The notes beneath the pieces were generated by a model. That model worked only from the letters and a program-made list of their open reading frames with translations, was not told the DNA's origin and did no database searches. DNA of 63,245 nucleotides, filler included, from Octopus bimaculoides (Eukaryota), in assembly GCF_001194135.2 (NCBI RefSeq). It is 5 parts of 5 records of this genome, joined end to end, with 100 filler letters (N's around TTAATTAATTAA, not from the genome) between each part and the next. Parts side by side here need not be neighbours in the genome. Positions count along the whole stretch, not along the records: positions 37,690 to 46,407 come from NC_069008.1; positions 46,508 to 59,966 come from NC_068989.1; 3 more parts are not named here. One strand, 5' to 3'. The position numbers and the translations under genes are program-made. Shown one piece after another: positions 41,123 through 51,774 of this stretch. Each line of letters starts with the position of its first letter. Positions within the stretch are counted from its first letter, which is position 1.

Positions 41123-41538
41123 CTCCTCCTTTTCTTTCTCATCTTCATCGTCGTCATCGACATCATCTTCCTTATCATCATCTTTACCTCCGTCATTGCC
41201 CTTTTTCACAGACGTGGGCGGTGGGGAGGTGGCCGTCGACCCCGCTGTGGTTCCTAACTCCTCACTATGTTTCATGTTTCCATCAACACAAGACGATGCT
41301 GCAAGATTCTGTGATGCTGTGCTTCTGACAGTCTTGTTGCTACCGACAACAGAATGACCACCACCACTAACACCACCACCACCACCGCCTTTATCATCTG
41401 TCGCTGGCTTCCTGAATACAGGTCTGAATGACGGTACGGTGGACATGGGCCCGGACACTAGGGCAGGAATCGATCCCTTGCTCCCAACAGATTCTACATC
41501 CTGCCCACTACTCTGTTGGTCAGTTTGCGATTCATCTT
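41123..41538 (-). CDS. WDR70: WDR70 coding exon 4, low-complexity G/S/T-rich then acidic linker (EDESQTDQ...DDDDEDEKEKEE)
   Basis: Long pyrimidine tract ttccttcctttttgttttccag|AAGATG, donor GAGGAG|gtaaat. 416 nt, fully open, phase 1 to 0. The acidic end corresponds to the acidic stretch before the WD40 repeats in WDR70. Confidence 0.82.
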
Positions 41539-41940
41539 CTGGAAAACAAAAAGGAAGGAATGAAATGAGGGGAAAGAATGCACGTCTGGCTGTACAGCCT
41601 TTTTGCTTGTTTGTTTATTCACCGTTTCGTTTTCCTGTCTTGTTTTCCGTCCGCCACTATCCTCCACGAAAATGATTTAATTTGTGTTCGTGGGAAGAAC
41701 CATTTCAACAATGCGTACGGCCTTAATTCTTCGAAACGCCGGTGTTTTAATGGTGGCAGTTGATGAAGGAGATGTTTCTAAGTGGCTTGCTTGTTTGTTG
41801 TACCTTGTTTATCTTTTTGTCACGTCATGTACCCAGTTATGTATCTATGTGTACATGTAGATGAATGTATATACATACATGTACATATATATGCATATAC
41901 TCATATATTGTTTATATATATATATATATAAATACACACA

Positions 41941-42220
41941 CATCATCATCATCATCATCGTTTAATGTCCGCTTCCCATGCTAGCATGGGTTGGATGATT
42001 TGACTGAGGACTGGTGAAACCAGATGGCTACACCAGGCTCCGATCTGATTTGGCAGAGTTTCTACAGCTGGATGCCCTCCCTAACACCAACCGCTCAGAG
42101 AGTGTAGTGGGTGCTTTTACGAGACACCCACATAAAGGCCAGTCAGGCGGTACTGGCAACGGCCACGCTCAATATGGTGTATTTTATGTGCCACCCGCAC
42201 AAGAGCCAGTCCAGGGGCAC
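41941..42220 (-). mobile_element. Same RTE-tail element in the opposite orientation, in WDR70 intron 3
   Basis: Reverse complement of the 38540-38877 copy at high identity (by eye). Confidence 0.75.
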
Positions 42221-42236
42221 TATACATATATATATG

Positions 42237-42286
<50 letters not shown>

Positions 42287-43243
42287 CTCTNNNNNNNNNN
42301 NNNNNNNNNNNNNNNNNNNNNNNNNNNNNNNNNNNNNNNNNNNNNNNNNNNNNNNNNNNNNNNNNNNNNNNNNNNNNNNNNNNNNNNNNNNNNNNNNNNN
42401 NNNNNNNNNNNNNNNNNNNNNNNNNNNNNNNNNNNNNNNNNNNNNNNNNNNNNNNNNNNNNNNNNNNNNNNNNNNNNNNNNNNNNNNNNNNNNNNNNNNN
42501 NNNNNNNNNNNNNNNNNNNNNNNNNNNNNNNNNNNNNNNNNNNNNNNNNNNNNNNNNNNNNNNNNNNNNNNNNNNNNNNNNNNNNNNNNNNNNNNNNNNN
42601 NNNNNNNNNNNNNNNNNNNNNNNNNNNNNNNNNNNNNNNNNNNNNNNNNNNNNNNNNNNNNNNNNNNNNNNNNNNNNNNNNNNNNNNNNNNNNNNNNNNN
42701 NNNNNNNNNNNNNNNNNNNNNNNNNNNNNNNNNNNNNNNNNNNNNNNNNNNNNNNNNNNNNNNNNNNNNNNNNNNNNNNNNNNNNNNNNNNNNNNNNNNN
42801 NNNNNNNNNNNNNNNTATATATATATATATACACAGGTGCAGGAGTGGCTGTGTGGTAAGAAGCTTGCTTCCCAACAGCAAGGTTCTGGTTTCAGTTTCA
42901 CTACATGGCACCTTGGGCAAGTGTCATCTACTATAGTTGTAGGCTGACTGAATTATTTAAATTTCATCGGAATCTACACAATCTGAAGCATATTTGTAGA
43001 AAATTTCATTAAGAAATATTTAATTTTCTGAAAGTTATGAAGAAGCAAATCTTTGGGGCACAATTGTGCAGATATGCCGAAATATCTATATGTATATCTG
43101 TGTGTATATATTTATTTATGTTTCTATATGCAGAGGGGAGGGAAGTAGAGAGACAAGGGAAGTTAGAGGGGAGAGAAAAAGAGAAGGGGAGTGAGAGAAA
43201 TAGGAGAGAAGTTGAAAGAAAGAGAAAGTGAAATGAACTTCAC

Positions 43244-43327
43244 CATTTTTGTTTCGTTCTGCTGCCAGTTGCCGAGCTTCTTCAAACATGGCCATGAAAT
43301 CAAAGTTACGAGCTTTCTTTTCAGGTT
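43244..43327 (-). CDS. WDR70: WDR70 coding exon 3, (K)PEKKARNFDFMAMFEEARQLAAERNKN
   Basis: ttcctattccag|AACC...AATG|gtgaag, 84 nt, phase 1 to 1. Resembles the human WDR70 N-terminal motif KKARTFDLEAMFEQTRRTAVER (recalled). Confidence 0.88.
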
Positions 43328-43519
43328 CTGGAATAGGAAACAGAAAAATGAAATTTGCATTATATTTAAAGATGACGATATGGCTGTTGTAGTTAAGAAG
43401 TTTGCTTCCAAAATACGTAGTCTTCATTTCATTTCCACTACAAGGTACCTTGGCCAAATGTCTTCTACTATATACATATATATATATAACGTGAGAGAGT
43501 TAGGGGTTGGGGGTTCAAC

Positions 43520-43603
43520 CCACTAAGGGATAGTATCTATCCAGTATACTGCTGGGAGGGTACCCAATTATTGCTACACTAGTGCTCCTCCATTTTCTAA
43601 TTG

Positions 43604-43636
<33 letters not shown>

Positions 43637-43786
43637 GGAGGAGAATATGCAGTATCCATCGACTTGCAGACAGTGTATTCCATTGAATTAATTTGTTTAT
43701 TTTGCAACTAAAATGACAAAAACCACAATATACAGATGCTTATGACATACCATGCAGTATATTGGATAGATACTATCCCTTGGTGG
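43520..43786. repeat. 33-bp inverted repeat pair (MITE-like), in WDR70 intron 2
   Basis: ccactaagggatagtatctatccagtatactgc (43520-43552) versus the reverse complement of 43754-43786, 31/33 identical. Confidence 0.85.
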
Positions 43787-43874
43787 ATCTGACAGAAGTA
43801 GCAGTGAAATCATCCTGGAATGACATATAAGATCCTAATATATTCAGAAAGGAGAGCGAGACATACGTACAAAT

Positions 43875-43907
<33 letters not shown>

Positions 43908-44233
43908 AAAAAGGGGAGATAAAAAGATATAGGAATAGAGGGGTGAGAGAGGAGGAGATGAGAAGGGAGAGGAGAAGAGATAAAGAGAAAGAGAGAGACA
44001 GATAGACAGACGAATCAGTAGAGAGAGAAAAGGAGAGATAAAAAGATATAGGAATAGAGGGGTGAGAGAGGAGGAGATGAGAAGGGAGAGGAGAAGAGAG
44101 AAAGAGAGACAGACAGACGAATCAGTAGAGAGAGAAAAGGAGAGATAAAAAGACAGAAGAAGAGGGGAGTGAGAGGAGATAAGAAAGGAGGAGAGAGAGA
44201 GGGGGGAGTGTGATTAAAGAAATTAGGACTTAC

Positions 44234-44320
44234 TGTTTGACTTCTCATTTTTGTGGGAACCTTTTTCTGTTGAAGGTTTGGGTCCGAAGCTGTGGTGAGG
44301 CCTCTCTTGTTTCCGTGCAG
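44234..44320 (-). CDS. WDR70: WDR70 coding exon 2, (A)ARKQERPHHSFGPKPSTEKGSHKNEKSN
   Basis: Acceptor (cat)n-cag|CTGCAC, strong donor AAACA|gtaagt. 87 nt, phase 1 to 1, open in the frame linking exon 1 to exon 3. Confidence 0.7.
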
Positions 44321-44874
44321 CTGATGATGATGATGATGATGATGGGGACAGTGGTGATGGCAACCAGAATAAAACCATTGGAAAAAGAGAAAGAGAAGAA
44401 AAAAGAAAACCACATTACAACACGTACTACTGCTGGAATTCTGATGGGATGGCCATGGCTGGAACACCTTTGGTCATTGGACAGCTAGATCAGAGCTGAC
44501 CAGGGGTTAAACAACAAGAGCAAGGAAGATGCAATCAATAATGTGATCTGGGTTCAGTCCCACTGAGTGGCACATTGGGTGAGGGTCTTCTACTTTATAT
44601 CCCCGAGAACTACGTTAAGGGTACACGTGCCTGTGGAGTGCTCAGCCACTTGCACGTTAATTTCACGAGCAGGCTGTTCCGTTGATCGGATCAACTGGAA
44701 CCCTCGACGTCGGAAGCGACGGAGTGCCAACATCAACAACAACAACAGAGTCACATGCATTTAGTTTGAGACTGAAATTAGAACTCAAATGCCACGAGAA
44801 GAGAATCAGCCAGTTATATTCACTTCTACAGCAAGGGACGATTACCTCCCCTCCACAGGACATTTCTTATACTT

Positions 44875-45220
44875 GAAAGCGAGCTGGCAGAATCGTGAGC
44901 ACGCCGACGTTTCGTCCGTCTTTACATTCTGAGTTCAAATAGCGTCGAGATCGACTTTGCCTTTCATCCTTTCGGGGCCGTTTGAATAAGTTCCAGTGAA
45001 ACACTGAGGTCAATGTAATCGACCAGTCCCCTCCCACCAAATTTGAGACCTCGTGCCTCTAGTAGAAAGGATTACTATTAATAAGGCGGCGAGTTGGCAG
45101 AATTCCTAGAACGCTCGGTAAAATACTCGGCATTTCGTCCGTTTTTACAATCTGAGTTCGAATTCCGCCGAGGTCGACTTTGCCGTTCATCCTTTCGGGG
45201 TCGATAAATTAAGTACTAGT
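44875..45220 (+). mobile_element. Two tandem SINE family A copies in WDR70 intron 1
   Basis: gcgagctggcagaatcg...gagttcaaat...ctttgcctttcatcctttcgggg occurs twice. Confidence 0.85.
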
Positions 45221-45821
45221 TATGCGGCGCGTGATTGAGTGGTTCGGGTGTTGGACACTTAAGATTGCAGTTTCGATTCCTGGAACGGGCCATGCATTGT
45301 GTTCTTGAGCAAAACACTTCATTTCAAATTGCCCTAGTCTACCGAGCTAGTAAAAATAAGTATTCCTGCGACGGGCGTCCAGGCAAGGACAGAATATATA
45401 GCTATAGAAACCGGCCCTATGAGTCTATAAGAGTCGGAAACTGACTTTATCTTTTTTCTTTTTTAAATCCTGTTTATGGCCGGATCGCTTTTGATCAACG
45501 GTTTACCGAGTCAGGGAAGACCTGGTACTAAGCAATAACATAGGACATATTACATCTGAATAAAAGACAGAACAAACGAAGCCAGAGAATATTTTGATGG
45601 CAGTTCTACTGGATCCGGACTGACACGGGCTGTATGTAAACATCAACCACGTACGAAATGTTTATAAATCTTAGAAGCATCTCCTTCATCAGCTGCCACC
45701 ATCTTCTGAAAAGTAATCTACACATAAAATTTATACATATGATACAGTTAAACATTTATCTATTTAATTTGGGTAATAAAAACAGCAGAAGATGGGTGTT
45801 TAATAAGAAAACGGGACAAAC

Positions 45822-45876
45822 CTCGCAGCTGAGACATTTCTTCGAGGTCGTCGTCAGCCATGCTGTTGTTGATCAT
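45822..45876 (-). CDS. WDR70: WDR70 coding exon 1 (putative start exon), (MINNS)MADDDLEEMSQLR+G
   Basis: Minus strand reads cccaccATGATCAACAACAGCATGGCTGAC...CTGCGAG|gtttgt. Kozak-like ATG at 45876, second in-frame ATG at 45861, phase-1 donor matching the next exon. N-terminus assigned by phase and position, not by strong homology. Confidence 0.7.
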
Positions 45877-46129
45877 GGTGGGTTTTTATCTCCTTTACTG
45901 AAGAACGTCGCTTGGTGCTTTCCATATCCCATAATTGTAGGCTGACTTGAAAACATACATGTATGTATGTATGTATGCATGCATGCATGTATGTATGCAT
46001 GTATGTATGTATTCAGTTTATTTCAAGATTTCTTGCTAATAGAGAAAGAACCGGTTTCTAACCTAGATTCAAGACTCCTTCATTGAAATTTCTGTGGTGT
46101 GTGCGTACGAGTAGATGTAATCGCCTTAC

Positions 46130-46330
46130 CTCGGTTTTCCTTTCCTCGACTGCGAGTCCGTCTTGCGGTATCCGATCCTTGAAGCTTGCCCCGACCCAAG
46201 GTACACCAGGTATAGCAGCTGCTTCTCCCAAACCTTCCCAAACCTAGACCGTCGCTTAACACGTCTTGTCCTGACCGCAGCCCCGTTCGAAAAGGGCACG
46301 AACGCCGATCGAGGCTCCCTCTGCCGTTTC
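46130..46330 (-). other. Candidate non-coding 5' UTR exon of WDR70 (5' boundary uncertain)
   Basis: GC-rich, no ATG on the minus strand, ends in a consensus donor GAG|gtaagg at 46130/46129. A transposon origin is not excluded. Confidence 0.35.
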
Positions 46331-46398
46331 CCCTTCCGGTCGACTCGCCCTTCCGGTCGACTCACCCTTCCGGTCAGCCTCCCCAGACACTGACGTCA
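46331..46398 (-). promoter_or_regulatory. Candidate WDR70 proximal promoter: three CCGGAAG ETS sites at 17-bp spacing plus a full CRE palindrome TGACGTCA
   Basis: cttccgg at 46333, 46350 and 46367, TGACGTCA at 46391-46398, in a CpG-rich island about 0.5 kb upstream of the WDR70 ATG. Confidence 0.45.
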
Positions 46399-46407
46399 TA
46401 CCACAAT

Positions 46408-46507
46408 NNNNNNNNNNNNNNNNNNNNNNNNNNNNNNNNNNNNNNNNNNNNTTAATTAATTAANNNNNNNNNNNNNNNNNNNNNNNNNNNNNNNNNNNNN
46501 NNNNNNN
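46408..46507. other. Artificial scaffold linker N44-TTAATTAATTAA-N44
   Basis: Same 100-nt construct. Confidence 0.95.
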
Positions 46508-46521
46508 ATATATATATACAC

Positions 46522-46688
46522 ACATACACAACGGGCTTCTTTCAGTTTCCGTCTACCAAATCCACTCACAAGGCTTTGGTCGGCCCCAGGCTACGGTAGA
46601 AGATATTTGCCCAAGGTGTCACGCAGTGGGACTGAATCCGGAACCATGTGGTTGGGAAGCAACCCTCTTACCACAGTCACGCCTGCGC
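46522..46688 (-). mobile_element. SINE family B (tRNA-derived, ggcgcagg.gtggctgtg...gggttcagtcccactg...ccttgggcaa)
   Basis: Other copies at ~42836-42945(+), 43378-43470(+), 48681-48845(+), 57235-57340(-) and 63003-63158(+). Confidence 0.8.
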
Positions 46689-46743
46689 CTGTACATACAT
46701 TTATATATGTATGTATCTATGTACATGCATATATATGTGTGTG

Positions 46744-46810
<67 letters not shown>

Positions 46811-47356
46811 GGGGAGAAAGAGAGAGAGAGATTTATATGTATACCCAAACATACATAGACATTAACACTAATCTATATGGAACGATTGGGTATAAAACAA
46901 CGTTAGCGTATATTTAATCATATAAGGAGTTGTTTACGAAAAGAAAAATTACACAGATGCTTCAGTAGGCGAGCATGTACGTATGTTTGTGCTGGCATTT
47001 GTGTGTTTCCTGCAGTGTGTGTGTATGTATGTATGTATGTACGTGTATGTGTGCGCGCGTGTGTGTGTGCATGCATGCGCGTGTGCGTATGTGTGTTTCT
47101 GTGTACATCTCTATATGGTCTTTCTGTGCATGCATGTATGCAATTATCTACGTGTTTTGGTTTGTGCTTGCATGTGCATATGCGCCTGTGTGCATGTGTA
47201 TCTAAGTGTGTGTTTGTGTATGTACATGCGTGTGCGTGAGTGTGTGTGTGAGAGAGAGTGTTTTTGTGCACATGCGTGTAAGTACATTTAATTTTTACGT
47301 GCATTTAAAAACATATTTGTATCTGCAGTCTCTGGCTGTGTGACGTCTATAAGTAC

Positions 47357-47398
<42 letters not shown>

Positions 47399-47623
47399 AT
47401 GTATATGCATATATTATGTATATGTGCGGGTGGGTGTATTTTAGTGAACAGTACCATCAAAGAATTATTTCTTCTTCATTATCTCCAAGATACAGCAGAC
47501 CAAAACTACCAATGCCATTCATAGTAAACATGGAATGAAAATATGAGATAGAAAACGGACAACATCCTCCATTGTTTACAACTTGTTACATTGTTTTCCT
47601 CTTCTTTTTTTATTTTGCTACTT

Positions 47624-47686
<63 letters not shown>

Positions 47687-48397
47687 TTATTATTATTATT
47701 ATTATTATCTTTTCATCTCTCGTATTTTTATATCCGTTTCTAAGACGCTGAGCTTGCGCGCACACACACACACACACTAAAATCCTGAAAAAAATTTGCG
47801 CAATTGTCTTCTACTATTATTCCGGGCTGACAAATGCCTTGGGAATGAGTTTAGTCGACAGAAACTCTGTGAAAGTACGTNNNNNNNNNNNNNNNNNNNN
47901 NNNNNNNNNNNNNNNNNNNNNNNNNNNNNNNNNNNNNNNNNNNNNNNNNNNNNNNNNNNNNNNNNNNNNNNNNNNNNNNNNNNNNNNNNNNNNNNNNNNN
48001 NNNNNNNNNNNNNNNNNNNNNNNNNNNNNNNNNNNNNNNNNNNNNNNNNNNNNNNNNNNNNNNNNNNNNNNNNNNNNNNNNNNNNNNNNNNNNNNNNNNN
48101 NNNNNNNNNNNNNNNNNNNNNNNNNNNNNNNNNNNNNNNNNNNNNNNNNNNNNNNNNNNNNNNNNNNNNNNNNNNNNNNNNNNNNNNNNNNNNNNNNNNN
48201 NNNNNNNNNNNNNNNNNNNNNNNNNNNNNNNNNNNNNNNNNNNNNNNNNNNNNNNNNNNNNNNNNNNNNNNNNNNNNNNNNNNNNNNNNCACACACACAC
48301 ACACAATCACAAAGGTACACACACATTTGCATACATATGAGGATTTGCCAACATCTGCAGAACACTCTTCGTATGTCGCCCTCTTTCTTCATACATA

Positions 48398-48431
<34 letters not shown>

Positions 48432-49051
48432 TATACATATGTGCATCAGTATAAAAACCCTTGTACGCATAACTCCTATCTGTCATCCTTCGACAACATC
48501 TGCTGATAAAGATATTCAAAGATGAAAGACCCCCCCCCCACTTAGGGACGGATTTATTCTTTTACTTTCTTCGAAAACAGACATTAGTTTATAAATCAAA
48601 CTGGAACTATTTTAAAAAATGCAGCCGAATCAACGCAAGATGAAAGATACTCTTACATGTATTTATTCAATTTTCAAAGGCGCAGTCATGCTGTGTAGTT
48701 AAGAAGCTCGCTTTTCAACCACTTGGTTCCGGGTTCAGTCCCACTGCGCGGTATCTTGAGCAAGTGCCCTCTACTATAGTCTCGGACTGATCAATGCTTT
48801 GTGAGTGAATTTGGTAGAAGGAAACTGTGTGGAATCCCGTCATATGACTACACGCGCATGCACACACACAAACATCTGTGTGTGTGTATCTGTGAGAGCG
48901 TTTTTCTGTTTGTCTCCCATCACCACTTGGCAAGCGGTGTTGGTTTCCTTACGTCCACATAACTTAGCAGTCCGGCAAAAGCGACCGATAGAAAAAGTAC
49001 TAGTGATAAAATAAGATAAATAAATACCGAGATGGATTTGTTCTCCCAATT

Positions 49052-49141
49052 CAGTGGTTCTCAACCGTTTTCTGTTGTTTCTTTTCACTCATGGACCCCT
49101 TTAATTCCTATTCTGCTCCACTGGGGCTCCACAGCCATTCA

Positions 49142-49177
<36 letters not shown>

Positions 49178-49337
49178 ATTTGTGTTTTTATAATTAAATA
49201 TTATTAGGAACTGAATAAAAGATACTAAAATAGTTTGTGTTTTGTAGAAATATAACAAATTTATTGCACATAAATTTTAACAATAAAATCTTATATGGTC
49301 CCCCAAGGGTCATACGGAGTCCGGTTGAGAACCACTA
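49052..49337. mobile_element. hAT-type MITE inserted in a SINE
   Basis: TIRs CAGTGGTTCTCAACC (49052-49066) and GGTTGAGAACCACTA (49323-49337). The flanks continue the SINE seen at 6460-6650 and 51840-52030. No clean 8-bp TSD. Confidence 0.8.
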
Positions 49338-49819
49338 CCTAAAATTTTAGTCGCTAAACCCTTCAATGCAGTGCCCCAGCATGGCCGTAGTATAATAACT
49401 GGCACAAGTAAGAGATGAAAGATAACGTTAGCTTTAGCTTTAATCACGGCATAAGACGCTCTAATTACAATCAATGTTGCAATCTAATCAGATGTGTACA
49501 GGGCTATGACGTAAATCCCATGGGAAAGCCACGGTGCCTGTATCTCCAGCCGAAAATTTAGATCTGTTATCAAGCGTATACTAGAAATGACCCAACCTAA
49601 CCAGCCACACACACACACACACACAGATGCATACACATATGTGTAGATATGAACACAAACAAGCACACATAATACCGTGAAACTAATACAGGCAATGGGT
49701 TGCATAGTTAAGATGCCCGCTTTGCCACAATGTGGTTTTAGGTTCAATCTCCCGCTGCACAGCCTGAATATTGTCTTGTAAGTAAATCTGGTTGACGGAA
49801 GCTGTGTGGAAGCCCGCGC

Positions 49820-49883
<64 letters not shown>

Positions 49884-51501
49884 GTCTGTCTGTCTGTCTG
49901 TCTGTCCATCCATCCATCCATCCATCCATCCATCCATCCATCCATCCATCCAACCGTCCGTCCGTCCGTTCGTCCGCCCGTCTGTCCGGAAAACTTTCCT
50001 AAGTCCTTCCACTTCTGCATCACAGAAAATCTGCACGTCATTCACCGTCCTATCTCTGTCTTACGTAAGAAGGACTTCACTAATTTCAACTTGCCGACAC
50101 ATACCCAAATAATTTTATGAGAATTTCACTTGAGACATGACAAACAACTTCGATGGAGTATATCGCTCACACCAACTAGAATTACCATATTGCTTTTTCA
50201 TCGTAGGTTGATGGTATTGCAGATACGGTAACTTAAACCAGCTCTGCTATGCCTGGGAGGTTTCCAGAAACAACTACCAAGCCCCAAGTAAACTTACCAC
50301 TTCTCCACTCATCGATACGCTACGAAAGAAAGACAAGTCAATATGTCTGCAGCATCCATGGAGCTGGAAAGGATGGTAACCGTATAAATCTGCCTTGGGG
50401 TCCTTCCTTCTGGATTTTCTATTGGATTTTACACCCTCAGCCGTTTTTAAATGCTCAGTAAATTACCCCACAGTGCAGCAGGACTTTATAACTACAAAGG
50501 GTATGGATTATGCAGAGCCAGTGCCATTCATTTGTCCTTCAAACTTGTATTGGCCTGGTGCGACAAGTAGCCCAAGCTCAGTAGATATCAGGAGGCAGGA
50601 TTTGTATGGAGTTACCTTCTCTTAGCTGAGCAGCCAAAGAGCTGAAGGGCTTTATTTGCCCGGGGTCTGTTAGGGTGTCTGTCAGTGACCTTTCGGATGC
50701 AATTCCGTGTCACGCTAGTTGGCCCCCTTGACAGGTGCTGCTGCTTCAGGTCAGAGTAGAACAATAGTGACTGAGAGGTGGTTCTAAGTTTCTAAAATCC
50801 ATGGAACTCCCGAACCAGGGCTCTACTACCGGATGTAATTGAAAGTCATGCGCAGGACATTTGTTTCCTGTACAATATGTACAACCGACCGACCGACCGA
50901 ACAAAACCGCGGTTTGGATTTTTATGATTCCAGTGTATTTCAGATAAATTACCATGAGTACATAACATATGCCATAATATATACACGTAAATGTATTTCC
51001 ACAAGATGTTCGATAATTAATCTATTGATTTTTGTGTTCTACAACGCAAAAATATAAAGAAATAAGGTAAAATTTAAAAGATAATTCTCAATAGCACGTT
51101 TTTATAAATGCATTATAGTAGACCACGATATCTATGTGTGAATGTTTGTTTGTGCCTTCGCTGGTGCATGCGCGTATATGTTTGTGCAATTATATGTATA
51201 GATGCATATGGAAAATTTATGGCAATTCTTGAATTGTAATTAATAAAAGAGAATAAAGGCACCTAGGAAGTATAATGCGCGCATACATATTAAAATACAT
51301 GCCCACACATACACTGACACACGTACAAAGAGATATATACGTATACTCTTACGTATACATTTGTATATTACACCTCTGCTATGCCTGGGCGGTTTCCAGA
51401 AGCAACTACCAAGCCCTAAGTGGGGTATATAATATATATATATTACAGAGATGTACTTGCTTAGCAAGTGACTTGATCTGAGATCGTGCGCTGAAACAAA
51501 A

Positions 51502-51774
51502 ACAATTGCAGCGTGAAAGGTGTTTATAAGCCATTTAAAACACACACAAAAAACGTTAGATTCACTTCAACATTTAAATTTAATTTATGTCAAAATATTT
51601 TCGTCACTTTGAAACCGCGACCTGTTCACTGACAAAATGCTGCACGAAATTATGTTAGTGAACAGGTCGCGGTTTCAAAACGACGAAAATATTTTGACAT
51701 AAATTAAATTTAAATGTTGAAGTGAATCTGTGTCTTTTTAAATGGCTTATAAACACCTTTCACGCTGCAATTGT
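51502..51774. repeat. Long near-perfect palindrome formed by two inverted copies of an interspersed repeat
   Basis: Arms ~51502-51630 and ~51657-51774 with a ~26-nt spacer. A single forward copy of the same repeat lies at ~58916-59102. Confidence 0.92.

Noticed and set aside
46126-46365. 79-aa basic ORF upstream of WDR70
   Set aside because: Non-ATG start and no recognisable homology. Better explained as promoter/5' UTR or a transposon fragment.
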